From contig JAHJCO010000019.1 in assembly GCA_018831265.1 (NCBI GenBank), forward strand, positions 104,534 to 168,533: 64,000 nt of DNA. Reading direction: 5' to 3'. Shown here one piece after another: positions 26,780 to 37,176 of this stretch (the stretch's first letter is position 1; each line of letters starts with the position of its first letter). A model generated the notes under the pieces. The model did not search any database and was not told the DNA's origin. It was given only the letters and a program-made list of their open reading frames with translations. The stretch comes from Actinomycetota bacterium. Its GTDB lineage: Bacteria > Actinomycetota > Geothermincolia > Fen-727 > Anoxymicrobiaceae. Position numbers and translations under genes: made by a program.

Positions 26780-28351
26780 CTAGGCCCAGCCGCAGGCGCG
26801 CCCGACCGCCTTCTTCCAGCCGCCGAGCAACTTCTCCCTCATCTCCGGGCTCATCTTCGGCTCGAACTCGCGCTCGACGCGGTGGATGCGCAGGATGTCG
26901 TCGGGGTACTTCCAGATGCCCGCCGCTATCCCGGCGAAGTAGGCCGCCCCCAGCGCGGTCGCCTCGAGCATCTCGGGTCGCTCGACCTTCACCTCGAGGA
27001 TGTCGGCCAGGAACTGCAGCAGGAAGTTGTTCTGCGAAGCGCCCCCGTCCGCCTTCACCATGCTCACCTCTATGTCGGTGTCCTCCTGTATGGCGGTCAC
27101 CACGTCCTTGCACTGATACGCTATCGACTCCAGCGTGGCCCGCACCACCTGCTCCCTGGAGGTGGAGCGCGTGAGCCCTATAACCGTGCCGCGCGCGTAA
27201 GGGTCCCAGTACGGAGCGGTCAGGCCCGTGAAAGCCGGAACAACGTAGACACCGCCTGAGTCCTCGACGCTGAAGGCACACTCCTCCGAGTCGGACGCCT
27301 TCTCGATGATGCACAGGTTGTCGCGCAGGAACTGGATGGATGAGCCGGCGCTGGAGATCATGCCCTCCAGCATGTAGGTGGTCTTTCCGTCCATCTTCCA
27401 GGCGATGAACGGGGTCAGGTTGTGGATGGAGGCTATGGCCTCCTCGCCGGTATTCATGTCGATGAAGGTGCCCGTGCCGTTGGTGCACTTGACGCTTCCC
27501 ACCTCGAAGCAGGCGTCACCGAAAAGGGCGGCCTGCTGGTCGGCCACCAGGCTCCTGATTGGGATGGAGGCCCCGAACAGCCCGGCCTCGGTTGACCCGA
27601 AGTCGCCGGAGGTCTCCCTTATCTCCGGCAGCACCATCTTCCCCGGCAGCCCGAAGGGCTTGAGCAGCTGAGAGCTCCAGTCCATGTTGTAGGGGTCCCA
27701 CATGCCGGTGGAACTGATGTTGGAGAAGTCGGTGGCGTGGACCCTGCCTCCGGTGTACTTCCAGAGCAGCCAGGTGTCTACGGTGCCGAACAGCAGGTCG
27801 CCCGCGGCCTCCTTCGCCGCGGCTCCCTCCACGTTGTCCAGAACCCATCGCACGTGGGGGGCCGACATGGCCGGGGTGATGGTGAGGTGCGCGGCGGCCA
27901 CCAGCATCTTGCCGACCGGGTTTCTCTTGAGGCCGGCGCTCAGAGGCGCGATCTTTCCGTATGCGCCCCCCACCACGTGCAGCACCTTGAAGAACGCGCT
28001 CCTGTTTATTCGCTCGCACTCGTCGGCCATGCGCGTGTCCTGCCAGGTGATGAAGTTGTAGACGGGCTCGCCGGTGTTCCTGTCCCAGAGCAGGTTGGTG
28101 GTGCGCTGGGTGGCTATCCCCATGGCGGTGATGTCGGACGCCTCGAGCTTCGCGGCCTTCAGGGCGTCCTTCGTGACCTGTACGCACTTGTCGTAGATGA
28201 CGATCGGGTCCTGCTCCGTCCAGCCCGGCTCGGGGAATACAGACGGGAGCTCGGTGTACTCCTCGGCCACCACCCTTGTCTCCCCGTCGTAGATGACGGC
28301 CCTCGTGCCGGTGGTGCCCACATCGTTGACCAGGATGTACTTGCCGCTCAT
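26780..28351 (-). CDS. glpK: Glycerol kinase
   Basis: FGGY kinase N-terminus ILVNDVGTTGTRAVIYD. 523 aa, typical GlpK length and motifs. Confidence 0.95.
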   Translation of the reverse strand: MSGKYILVNDVGTTGTRAVIYDGETRVVAEEYTELPSVFPEPGWTEQDPIVIYDKCVQVTKDALKAAKLEASDITAMGIATQRTTNLLWDRNTGEPVYNFITWQDTRMADECERINRSAFFKVLHVVGGAYGKIAPLSAGLKRNPVGKMLVAAAHLTITPAMSAPHVRWVLDNVEGAAAKEAAGDLLFGTVDTWLLWKYTGGRVHATDFSNISSTGMWDPYNMDWSSQLLKPFGLPGKMVLPEIRETSGDFGSTEAGLFGASIPIRSLVADQQAALFGDACFEVGSVKCTNGTGTFIDMNTGEEAIASIHNLTPFIAWKMDGKTTYMLEGMISSAGSSIQFLRDNLCIIEKASDSEECAFSVEDSGGVYVVPAFTGLTAPYWDPYARGTVIGLTRSTSREQVVRATLESIAYQCKDVVTAIQEDTDIEVSMVKADGGASQNNFLLQFLADILEVKVERPEMLEATALGAAYFAGIAAGIWKYPDDILRIHRVEREFEPKMSPEMREKLLGGWKKAVGRACGWA

Positions 28352-28500
28352 TCGATCACCCCTGTGTATCGATAACCGGTCCCGGCGGCGGCAGCCGGGC
28401 CGCCCGGGAGAAAGACCATCAACGATAGTAACACGCCGGAGGGCGGGCTGCGGCGGTGCGGCCCGTGCTAGAGTACGCGTATGACAAATAAGGAGGGAGC

Positions 28501-29325
28501 ATGCGCGAGCTCGGCGGCAAGAGGGTCCTGGTCACGGGGGCGGCGGACGGCATAGGCAGGGGCGCGGCGCTGGCGTTCGCGCGCGAAGGCTCGCGGCTCA
28601 TCCTGGTCGACATCGACGGTGACAGGATGCGATCGGTGGAGGAGGAAGCGCGCCGGCTGGGCGCGCAGTGTGCCTCTTACGCCTGTGACGTGGCCGACGC
28701 GAAAGCGGTGGAGGACCTTGCCGCGCGGGTGGACTCGGAGTACGGAGGGGTGGACGTCCTGGTGAACGTCGCCGGGGTATGCGTCGTCTCGGACATCCTG
28801 GACATGGACATGGACGACTGGCACTGGGTGCTGGGGGTGAACCTGCTGGGCCCCGTGCACACCATAAGGGCGTTCGTCGGCGGCATGGTGCAGAGAAGAA
28901 GCGGGCACGTGGTCAACGTCGCCTCGGCCGGCGGGCTGGTGCACTTCGGGCTGATCGGGGCGTACTGCGCGACCAAGGCCGGCCTGGTGGCGCTCTCGGA
29001 GGCCCTCGCCCAGGAGGTCTTCGACGCGGGGGTGGGCGTGACCGCGGTGTGCCCCGGGGTTACCAACACCCGCATCGTGGAGAAGATGCGCTTCCACGAG
29101 TACTCGCGTGAGAAGCTCCAGCGGACGTTTGACAGGTTCATGGCCCGCTCGCTCAGCGCCGAGAGGACGGGCGAGCTGATGGTGCTGGCCGTGGAGCGCA
29201 ACCGGCCGCTGCTGGTGACCACGCTCCCGGCGAAGATCCTCGTTCCCGTCAACCGCTTGCTCCCGGGGCTCATCAGGTTCATCCTACGCAGGGGAAAGAA
29301 GATGAATATCCGTCTTTACCGTTAA
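28501..29325 (+). CDS. SDR-family short-chain dehydrogenase/reductase
   Basis: TGAADGIGRGAA (TGxxxGxG), NVAS and YCATKAG (YxxxK) motifs. AGGAGGG SD. Confidence 0.9.
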   Translation: MRELGGKRVLVTGAADGIGRGAALAFAREGSRLILVDIDGDRMRSVEEEARRLGAQCASYACDVADAKAVEDLAARVDSEYGGVDVLVNVAGVCVVSDILDMDMDDWHWVLGVNLLGPVHTIRAFVGGMVQRRSGHVVNVASAGGLVHFGLIGAYCATKAGLVALSEALAQEVFDAGVGVTAVCPGVTNTRIVEKMRFHEYSREKLQRTFDRFMARSLSAERTGELMVLAVERNRPLLVTTLPAKILVPVNRLLPGLIRFILRRGKKMNIRLYR

Positions 29326-30621
<1,296 letters not shown>

Positions 30622-30754
30622 CTGAAACCGGGGTCAGGCGGGATTCAAGTCAGCCAGGTCGAATAGGCGGACTGATTGGGTTGCACCACGATACCCGGGC
30701 TTCAGTAAGGCCTATGTGCAAGGTCACGATGTAGCTGAATCCCGCCTGACCCCA
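30622..30754. repeat. GGGGTCAGGC-TIR MITE-like element (TGACTGAAACCGGGGTCAGGCGGGATTCAAGTCA ... TAGCTGAATCCCGCCTGACCCC), about 20-bp TIRs
   Basis: Starts at the enolase stop codon. The internal sequence resembles the 17932..18194 copies (CCAGGTCG...GTTGCACCACG). Confidence 0.75.
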
Positions 30755-30838
30755 ACCGTAGTCGTTCCCGCCCAGTGAGAAAAGACCTCAACCACCAGTT
30801 CCCCACGACCTGAAACCTTGCTTTGATAGACTGAGCCG

Positions 30839-32464
30839 GTGAATAGAGAGCAGTTGACCAAGGCCGCCGGAGACGCCGGCACTACCGCACGCAAGGTATC
30901 GCCCGCGTTCCTGCTCGCCGGGCTGGGGATGGCGCAGTTCATCAACACCTACGACACAGTGGCGATGAATGTGGCTGTCTCCAAGGTGGTGCAGGACCTA
31001 CACACGACGGTCACCGGGGTACAGTTCGCCCTGGCCTTCTACACGCTCGTGATGGCGGCCTTCATGATCCCCGGCGCAAAGCTCGGCGACGTATGGGGCA
31101 AGAAGCGCACCTTCACGCTCGGGGTCGCGATGTACGGGACGGGAGCGCTCATCACGTCGCTGTCACCCAACCTCACGGTCATGATCCTCGGATGGTGCGT
31201 GTGTGAGGGCCTGGGGTCTGCCCTGATGATACCCTCCATCTACGCGATACTGCCCGCCGCGTTCAAGGAGCCGGAGCAGAGGGTGAAGGCCTTCGCGGTG
31301 ATGGGTGCTATCACCGGTGCGGGGGCGGCCCTGGGCCCGCTCATCTGCGGAATCATCTCCACCTACCTCACCTGGAGGGTATCCTTCGCGGCCGAGTTCG
31401 TGGTGGTGCTGGTGATCATCGGCATGTCGCTCAGGATCAAAGGGCCCCCGCGGGTGGAGGACCGCCCGGAGTTCGACACGCTGGGGGCGGCGCTCTCGGC
31501 TGTGGGTATCGGCCTGCTCGTGACGGGGATACTGCAGGCGAACCACGTATCGACCAAGGGGTTCTGGCCGGTCATCGTGCTGGTCGGCGCCGGAGTGCTG
31601 GTCCTGCTCGGGTTCCTCTACTGGCAGGTCAGGCGCAAGCGCGCCGGACGGTCGCAGCTCATGGACCCCGCGATGCTCAGGGTCAGGCAGGTACAGCTGG
31701 GACTCCCACTCTCCGTGGTCATGATGTTCATGATGTCCGGTGCCCTCTTCGTCATCCCGGTGTTCCAGCAGATGGCGCTGGGCTTCGAGCCGGTGACCAC
31801 GGGCCTGACCTTCCTGCCCAACACGCTGGCGATGATCGTCTTGAGCCAGGTGACGGCGCGCCTCGTGCCGCGCGCGGGCAGGAAGTGGTTCGTCTTCTCC
31901 GGGCTCATCGTAACCAGCGTGGGCATCGGCGTAATAGCCGCGATGATAGACACGAGCTCCACGGCTTGGACGTTCCTCCCGGGGACGCTTCTCATGGGCG
32001 TGGGCATCGGCATGGTGATGGCGCCGCTGCAGGACCTCATCCAGTCGTCGGTTCCGCTCGAGAAGCAGAGCGAGATATCGGGGGTCTCCAGGTCCTTCTT
32101 CAACCTGGGAAGCTCGCTCGGGACGGCGATTGCCGGAGCGGTGCTGACAGCGGTGCTGATAAGCGGCATAACCTCGATGGTGATGGCCAGCCCTGCCATC
32201 ACTGCGGATCAGAAACAGCAGATTACGGCGGCCGTGCGTGTGGACACCACGACCATGAGCGACGAGGAGCTCAAGGAGTTACTCGATCAGAAGAACACGC
32301 CCCAGGAGCTCACCGATACGCTGGTCGGGATTAACTCGAAGGCGCGCAACAGGGCGCTGAAGACGGCCCTGGCGATGGTGGCCCTCATCGGGTTCATCGG
32401 CGCCTTCCTCGGGCTGATGCTGCCGGGGGACCGGCAGGGCCGTCCAAACCCGCCCGGCACCTGA
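30839..32464 (+). CDS. MFS transporter (14-TMS drug:H+ antiporter-like)
   Basis: 541 aa, 14 hydrophobic segments, MFS signature loops. GTG start at 30839, or an ATG slightly downstream. Confidence 0.85.
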   Translation: MNREQLTKAAGDAGTTARKVSPAFLLAGLGMAQFINTYDTVAMNVAVSKVVQDLHTTVTGVQFALAFYTLVMAAFMIPGAKLGDVWGKKRTFTLGVAMYGTGALITSLSPNLTVMILGWCVCEGLGSALMIPSIYAILPAAFKEPEQRVKAFAVMGAITGAGAALGPLICGIISTYLTWRVSFAAEFVVVLVIIGMSLRIKGPPRVEDRPEFDTLGAALSAVGIGLLVTGILQANHVSTKGFWPVIVLVGAGVLVLLGFLYWQVRRKRAGRSQLMDPAMLRVRQVQLGLPLSVVMMFMMSGALFVIPVFQQMALGFEPVTTGLTFLPNTLAMIVLSQVTARLVPRAGRKWFVFSGLIVTSVGIGVIAAMIDTSSTAWTFLPGTLLMGVGIGMVMAPLQDLIQSSVPLEKQSEISGVSRSFFNLGSSLGTAIAGAVLTAVLISGITSMVMASPAITADQKQQITAAVRVDTTTMSDEELKELLDQKNTPQELTDTLVGINSKARNRALKTALAMVALIGFIGAFLGLMLPGDRQGRPNPPGT

Positions 32465-32483
32465 CTCCTTGAGCCCGGTAATT

Positions 32484-32628
32484 GTGAAAGAATGCCTCTG
32501 AAAGAATACCTCAGACCAAAACTTTCACGGGAAGGCGAGATCCAGCGGTTTGCACAGCGATGAAAGAAATGGTCTGAGGTTTTCTTTCATTCACAGCGAT
32601 GAAAGAAATGGTCTGAGGTATTCTTTCA
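32484..32628. repeat. Array of the 29-bp imperfect palindrome TGAAAGAA-N2-(GGTCTGAGG or its complement)-N3-TTCTTTCA. One partial unit plus three full units (32499..32527, 32561..32589, 32600..32628).
   Basis: Lies between the convergent MFS and hydrolase genes. The last unit ends 1 nt from the hydrolase stop codon. Confidence 0.8.
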
Positions 32629-32629
32629 T

Positions 32630-33847
32630 TCAGGCGGGCATCACTGAGGCCAGCCAGTCGAACATCCTCTTGTCGTAGAGAGCGCGGGCCTTGGGCTCGC
32701 AGTGCCAGTTGGCCCCCTCCTCGCGGGTGAACGGCACAAGCGCCTTCGGTGACTCGAGAGCGTCGTACACCTCCCGCGACTGGCCGGGCCAGAACTGCTC
32801 GTCGTCGGGGTCCGCGATGAACATTGGGCAGGTTATCTGCTTGATCACTTCGCGGGCGTTGTATTCCTGCGAGGCCTTGATCCACTCGAAATAGCTGTCG
32901 GCCCCGTAAGGCTTCATGCGCCAGGCGACCGTCTGGCGCGTCTCCTGCCCCATCATCTTCAGGGCGAGTCCCATCTCCTTGTTGAACTCCTCCTCCTCAC
33001 CGGCCTCCAGCAGCTTCATCATGCGCTTGGGGAACCTGCCGGCCACCGCTGTAGAGACGTCCATCACCCCGGGGTCCGCGATTCCCGCCGCGATGCGGTG
33101 CTCGAAGGCGAGCGCGCGGAGTATCCAGTAGCCGCCCTGACTGATCCCGGAGAGCGCGATGCGGTTCGGGTCGACATCCGGGCGTGCGACGAGAAAGTCC
33201 ACCACCGGGGTTATGACAGCCTCCCAGTCCGGGCGGAACGGCAACTTGTGCATGAAGAGCATGGCGTTCTGGCCCGGGCCGTCGAAGACCAGTGCGGCAT
33301 ACCCCCGCGCGAGCGCCCCCGCCACCCCGGAGCCCCACATCGCCACGGTCGGCCCGTCGCTGCCGTTGTTGAAGATGATGGTCGCCCATGGCCCGCCGGA
33401 GTCGTCCGGCTTGAAGAAGTAGCCGGGCATGGGGGTCTTCTCGTACGGTATCTCCACCCTCTCGGCCGGCGGGGAGAGCCTCGAGCAGAACCGGTCGAAG
33501 CATTCGATGTGCTCCTTCCAGTAGTCGGCGCCCCTGCCAGGGTCGTCCGTCCCGTCGATCATAGAGAGCGTCGCGGCGTAGTACGCGGAGGCGCGGAGGT
33601 AAGCCTGCCGGGCGCTCACGTCGTTCCCGCTCCCCACCGACTCGTCGGCGTACCCCCTAACCCGCGCCGCGGTCTCCAGCCAGCCGTCAACCCAGCTCTC
33701 CGCGTCGCCGGACCGGATACACTCGGCCGTCATGAGGATCTCTCCGGCGTCGGCGGTTCCGAAGTAACACGAGCCCAGCATTATCTGGAGCTCGAAGTCC
33801 ATCTGCTCGTGCTTGAAGAACCACTGCTTAGCCTTCGCGGCGGCCAT
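32630..33847 (-). CDS. Alpha/beta-hydrolase (dienelactone-hydrolase / S9-like)
   Basis: GISQGGYW nucleophile elbow. Start taken at MAAAKAKQW (33847). The 742-aa ORF upstream extension is R/G-rich junk. Confidence 0.75.
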   Translation of the reverse strand: MAAAKAKQWFFKHEQMDFELQIMLGSCYFGTADAGEILMTAECIRSGDAESWVDGWLETAARVRGYADESVGSGNDVSARQAYLRASAYYAATLSMIDGTDDPGRGADYWKEHIECFDRFCSRLSPPAERVEIPYEKTPMPGYFFKPDDSGGPWATIIFNNGSDGPTVAMWGSGVAGALARGYAALVFDGPGQNAMLFMHKLPFRPDWEAVITPVVDFLVARPDVDPNRIALSGISQGGYWILRALAFEHRIAAGIADPGVMDVSTAVAGRFPKRMMKLLEAGEEEEFNKEMGLALKMMGQETRQTVAWRMKPYGADSYFEWIKASQEYNAREVIKQITCPMFIADPDDEQFWPGQSREVYDALESPKALVPFTREEGANWHCEPKARALYDKRMFDWLASVMPA

Positions 33848-33936
33848 CGGTAAACCTCGCTTTCGTCCGTCCCTCTCGAGGGTGCAAGCCCCCTCACCCT
33901 GCCCTCTCCCCCGGGGGGGGAGAGGGTTCAATAGTA

Positions 33937-34332
33937 TCACCGCCGCAGGATGACCGCCGTGGAGGTGGAGGTCGATATCAGTCGCCCCTCCTCGTCGGTG
34001 ATCTTCGCCTCGAGGAACGATATGTTCCGCCCCCTCCTGGTCACCGACCCCTCGCCGATGAACTTGCCGCGCCTCATGGGTCGCAGGAAGTTGATCTTCA
34101 GCTCGGCGCTGCTGAACGTCTCTCCCTCCTCGACGGTGGTGGCCATCGCCGAGCCCATCAGCTCGTCCGCGAACACGGCCAGGAAGCCGCCCAGTACGTT
34201 GCCCACGGGGTTGTCGAACCGGTCGTCGACAATGGTCCAGGTCCAGCGGGTGTAACCGTCCTTCATCACCTCGATGTCGAAGCCCATGGTCCTGTCGCAC
34301 GGCGGCGGCATGGCTATCTCGTCCGAGCGCAT
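33937..34332 (-). CDS. PaaI/hotdog-fold thioesterase
   Basis: NPVGNVLGGFLAVFADE ... hotdog motif. 131 aa. Confidence 0.8.
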   Translation of the reverse strand: MRSDEIAMPPPCDRTMGFDIEVMKDGYTRWTWTIVDDRFDNPVGNVLGGFLAVFADELMGSAMATTVEEGETFSSAELKINFLRPMRRGKFIGEGSVTRRGRNISFLEAKITDEEGRLISTSTSTAVILRR

Positions 34333-34504
34333 GGTGGCTCTCCTTTACTTGCGCACTACCTGGCATAGATTCTAAACCCGGGCGTTGAATCCCGCACCCG
34401 GTCCGGCGTGACAACCCGGGGCAGGGCATCGGGCCCGGGCGTCGTATAGGAACCGTGCACGAGGAGTACAGGGATTGTAAGTGCCTGGCACGGGTCGGTG
34501 GGGG

Positions 34505-36220
34505 ATGGACTACAACATCAAGATCGGCGGGGCGGCGGGTCAGGGCATCCAGACCATCGGTGACACGCTCTCCGCGGTGTTCGCACGGTCGGGCTACCAC
34601 CTGTTCTCGCACCAGGACTACGAGTCGAGGGTGCGCGGTGGGCACAACTTCACCTGCATCAGGCTCTCGGACACCCCGGTGTACGCCCCGCGCGACCCCG
34701 TGGACGTACTCGTCGCGCTGGACAACGCGAGCATCGAGCGGCACACCGGGGAGCTTTCCTCCGACGGCAAGGTCGTCTACGACTCCGGGGGCTTGAAGAG
34801 GAAGGTCGACGATCCCCGGTTCGTAGACGTTCCTTTCGTAAGGCTCGCCGAGGAGCACGGGGGTAGGAAGGTCATGGCCAACACCGTGGCCTCAGGGGCG
34901 GTGCTGGGGATGCTGGGCGTCGAGGTGGACCTGCTGGTCGAGGCGCTCACAAGGGCGCTCAAGCACCCCACCCCCGAGATACTGGAGGGGAACGAGAGGG
35001 CCGCGCGCGCGGGGCACTCCTACGGCGTCGAGCACTGCCCGGACTGCCGGTTCGCGGTGTCGGGGAGGAGCGTGCGCAAGATGGTCATCGAGGGGAACCA
35101 GGCGATAGCCCTGGCCGCCATCGCGTCGGGCTGCAGGTTCTACTCCGCCTACCCCATGACTCCCTCCACCGGGATACTCAACTTCATGGCGTCGAAGGCC
35201 GCCGATTACGGCCTGGTCGTCGAGCAGGCCGAGGACGAGATGTCGGCCATAAACATGATCCAGGGGGCCTCCTTCGCCGGGGTCCGGTCCATGACCGGGA
35301 CCTCGGGGGGCGGCTTCGCGCTGATGGTGGAGGGCATGTCACTGGCCGGGATGACCGAGACCCCGGTGGTGGTGGTGCTGGCGCAGCGTCCCGGGCCGGC
35401 CACGGGCTTTCCCACCCGCACCGAGCAGTCGGACCTGCTGTTCGGGCTGTTCGCGGGGCACGGCGAGGTACCGCGTATCGCGTTCGCCCCCGGCACCCCC
35501 GAGCAGGCGTTCCGGGCGGTCAACAGGGCGTTCGACCTGGCGGAGAAGTACCAGGTCCCGGCCCTCATCATCACCGATCAACACTACGCGGACTCACGCT
35601 GGACCCTGGAGGGCATAGACCCCGAGACCTTCGTCTACAACGACTATCGTGTCGGGGGGGAGGCCTTCGCCGAGCTCCCCGAGTACGCGAGGCACTCCTT
35701 CACAGACAGTGGGGTCTCACCGCTGGCGGTCCCCGGCGACGCGCCCCACCTGGTGGTGACCGACTCCGACGAGCACGACGAGGAGGGGCACATCGTAGAG
35801 GACGCGGAGACCAGGGTGAAGATGGTGGAAAAGCGCCTGCTACGCAAGCTTCCGCTCATAGGGGCCGAGATGGAGCCGCCGGAGCACTACGGCAGCGACT
35901 CGCCGGAGGTGGTGCTGGTCGGCTGGGGCTCGAACTACGGGGTCCTGAGGGAGGCCGTGGACGCGCTCTCCGGGGAGCGGGAGGTCGCCATGCTGCACTT
36001 CTGCGACCTGTGGCCGTTCCCGCTTCCGGCCAGGCAGGAGTTCCTGGAGGTCCTGCGGGCAGCGAGGACCGCGATCTGCGTGGAGAACAACGCCACGGGC
36101 AAGCTGGCCTGGCTTATCCGGGCCGAGACCGGGTTCGAGTTCGCCGAGCGCATCAACAGGTTCGACGGAAGGCCGTTCACGTGTGAGGGCCTCCTGGAGG
36201 AGATAGATGGACGCCTCTGA
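34505..36220 (+). CDS. 2-oxoacid:ferredoxin oxidoreductase alpha subunit (gamma-alpha fusion type)
   Basis: N-terminal gamma-like IKIGGAAGQGIQT. Adjacent beta subunit. Confidence 0.9.
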   Translation: MDYNIKIGGAAGQGIQTIGDTLSAVFARSGYHLFSHQDYESRVRGGHNFTCIRLSDTPVYAPRDPVDVLVALDNASIERHTGELSSDGKVVYDSGGLKRKVDDPRFVDVPFVRLAEEHGGRKVMANTVASGAVLGMLGVEVDLLVEALTRALKHPTPEILEGNERAARAGHSYGVEHCPDCRFAVSGRSVRKMVIEGNQAIALAAIASGCRFYSAYPMTPSTGILNFMASKAADYGLVVEQAEDEMSAINMIQGASFAGVRSMTGTSGGGFALMVEGMSLAGMTETPVVVVLAQRPGPATGFPTRTEQSDLLFGLFAGHGEVPRIAFAPGTPEQAFRAVNRAFDLAEKYQVPALIITDQHYADSRWTLEGIDPETFVYNDYRVGGEAFAELPEYARHSFTDSGVSPLAVPGDAPHLVVTDSDEHDEEGHIVEDAETRVKMVEKRLLRKLPLIGAEMEPPEHYGSDSPEVVLVGWGSNYGVLREAVDALSGEREVAMLHFCDLWPFPLPARQEFLEVLRAARTAICVENNATGKLAWLIRAETGFEFAERINRFDGRPFTCEGLLEEIDGRL

Positions 36221-37058
36221 CGAGTTCAAGGGCCAGAAGCCGGCATGGTGCCCGGGGTGCGGCAACTTCGGGATACTGACGGCCTGGCGCAGGGCCATGG
36301 CGGACCTCGGGCTGAAGCCGCACCAGCTCACGGTGGTCTCGGGGATAGGTCAGTCCGGCAAGTTCCCGCACTACACGCAGTGCAACACCTTCAACGGCCT
36401 GCACGGGCGCACCCTGCCAGTGGCCACGGGGATACGGCTTGCCAACCACGAGATGCCGGTGGCCGCGTTCGCGGGGGACGGTGACTGCTACGGCGAGGGG
36501 GGCAACCACTTCCTCCACGCGATGCGGCGCAATATAAACGTCAAGCTGTTCGTGCACGACAACCAGGTCTACGGGCTGACCAAGGGCCAGGCCTCCCCGA
36601 CCAGCGTGGTCGGGATGAAGACACCGGTGCAGCCGGAGGGGGTCCTCTCCGACGAGATGAACCCGGTGGCCCTGGCGGTGGCGATGGACTGCAGCTTCGT
36701 GGCCCGCGGTTTCGCGGGAGACCTCGACCAGTTGGCCGAGCTGATGAAGGCGGCAATGGAGCACAGGGGCTTCAGCCTGGTGGACATCTTCCAGCCGTGT
36801 GTGACATTCAACCGGCTCAACACCTACCAGTGGTACAGGGAGAGGGTCAGGCCGCTGGAGGCGGAGTACGACCCGGGCGATCGCGTCACCGCCTGGCAGC
36901 GCGCGCTGGAGTTCGAGGACACCATCCCCACCGGCATCCTGTACAGGCACGAGCGACCCACCTACGAAGAGCGCGTGGCGGCGCTGGCCGCCGGCCCGCT
37001 GGTGAAGCAGCCGTTCGACGCGTCGAAGCTCGCGGCCGCCTTCCGCGAGTTCTACTGA
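36207..37058 (+). CDS. 2-oxoacid:ferredoxin oxidoreductase beta subunit (TPP-binding)
   Basis: CPGCGNFGIL and GDGDCYGEGGNH TPP motifs. Overlaps the alpha subunit stop. Confidence 0.9.
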   Translation: MDASDEFKGQKPAWCPGCGNFGILTAWRRAMADLGLKPHQLTVVSGIGQSGKFPHYTQCNTFNGLHGRTLPVATGIRLANHEMPVAAFAGDGDCYGEGGNHFLHAMRRNINVKLFVHDNQVYGLTKGQASPTSVVGMKTPVQPEGVLSDEMNPVALAVAMDCSFVARGFAGDLDQLAELMKAAMEHRGFSLVDIFQPCVTFNRLNTYQWYRERVRPLEAEYDPGDRVTAWQRALEFEDTIPTGILYRHERPTYEERVAALAAGPLVKQPFDASKLAAAFREFY

Positions 37059-37059
37059 C

Positions 37060-37176
37060 TGAAAGAAGACCTCAAACCATTTCTTTCATTCTGGAGGATG
37101 AGGCGGACTGAAAGTTTTGGTCTGAGGTAATCTTTCACAGGTTTCTGTGAAAGAATCGGTCTGAGGTAATCTTTCA
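37060..37176. promoter_or_regulatory. Three-unit module of the TGAAAGAA...GGTCTGAGG...TTCTTTCA palindrome (37060..37088, 37109..37137, 37148..37176) filling the 5' region of the CoA-transferase-GNAT gene. The last unit overlaps the ATG.
   Basis: Units read directly. The GAGGT SD-like sequence sits in the loop of the last palindrome, 8 nt before ATG 37176. Confidence 0.75.

Noticed and set aside
32484-32628. Possible CRISPR array (four ~29-bp repeats with short spacers)
   Set aside because: Repeat units are themselves imperfect palindromes in mixed orientation. Spacers are only 8-33 bp and irregular. Identical units recur at three other loci next to start or stop codons. No cas genes are present in the window.
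32630-34858. 742-aa version of the alpha/beta-hydrolase ORF
   Set aside because: The N-terminal ~330 aa is R/G/P-rich junk overlapping the thioesterase gene region. A clean Met start (MAAAKAKQW) at 33847 gives a normal 405-aa hydrolase.
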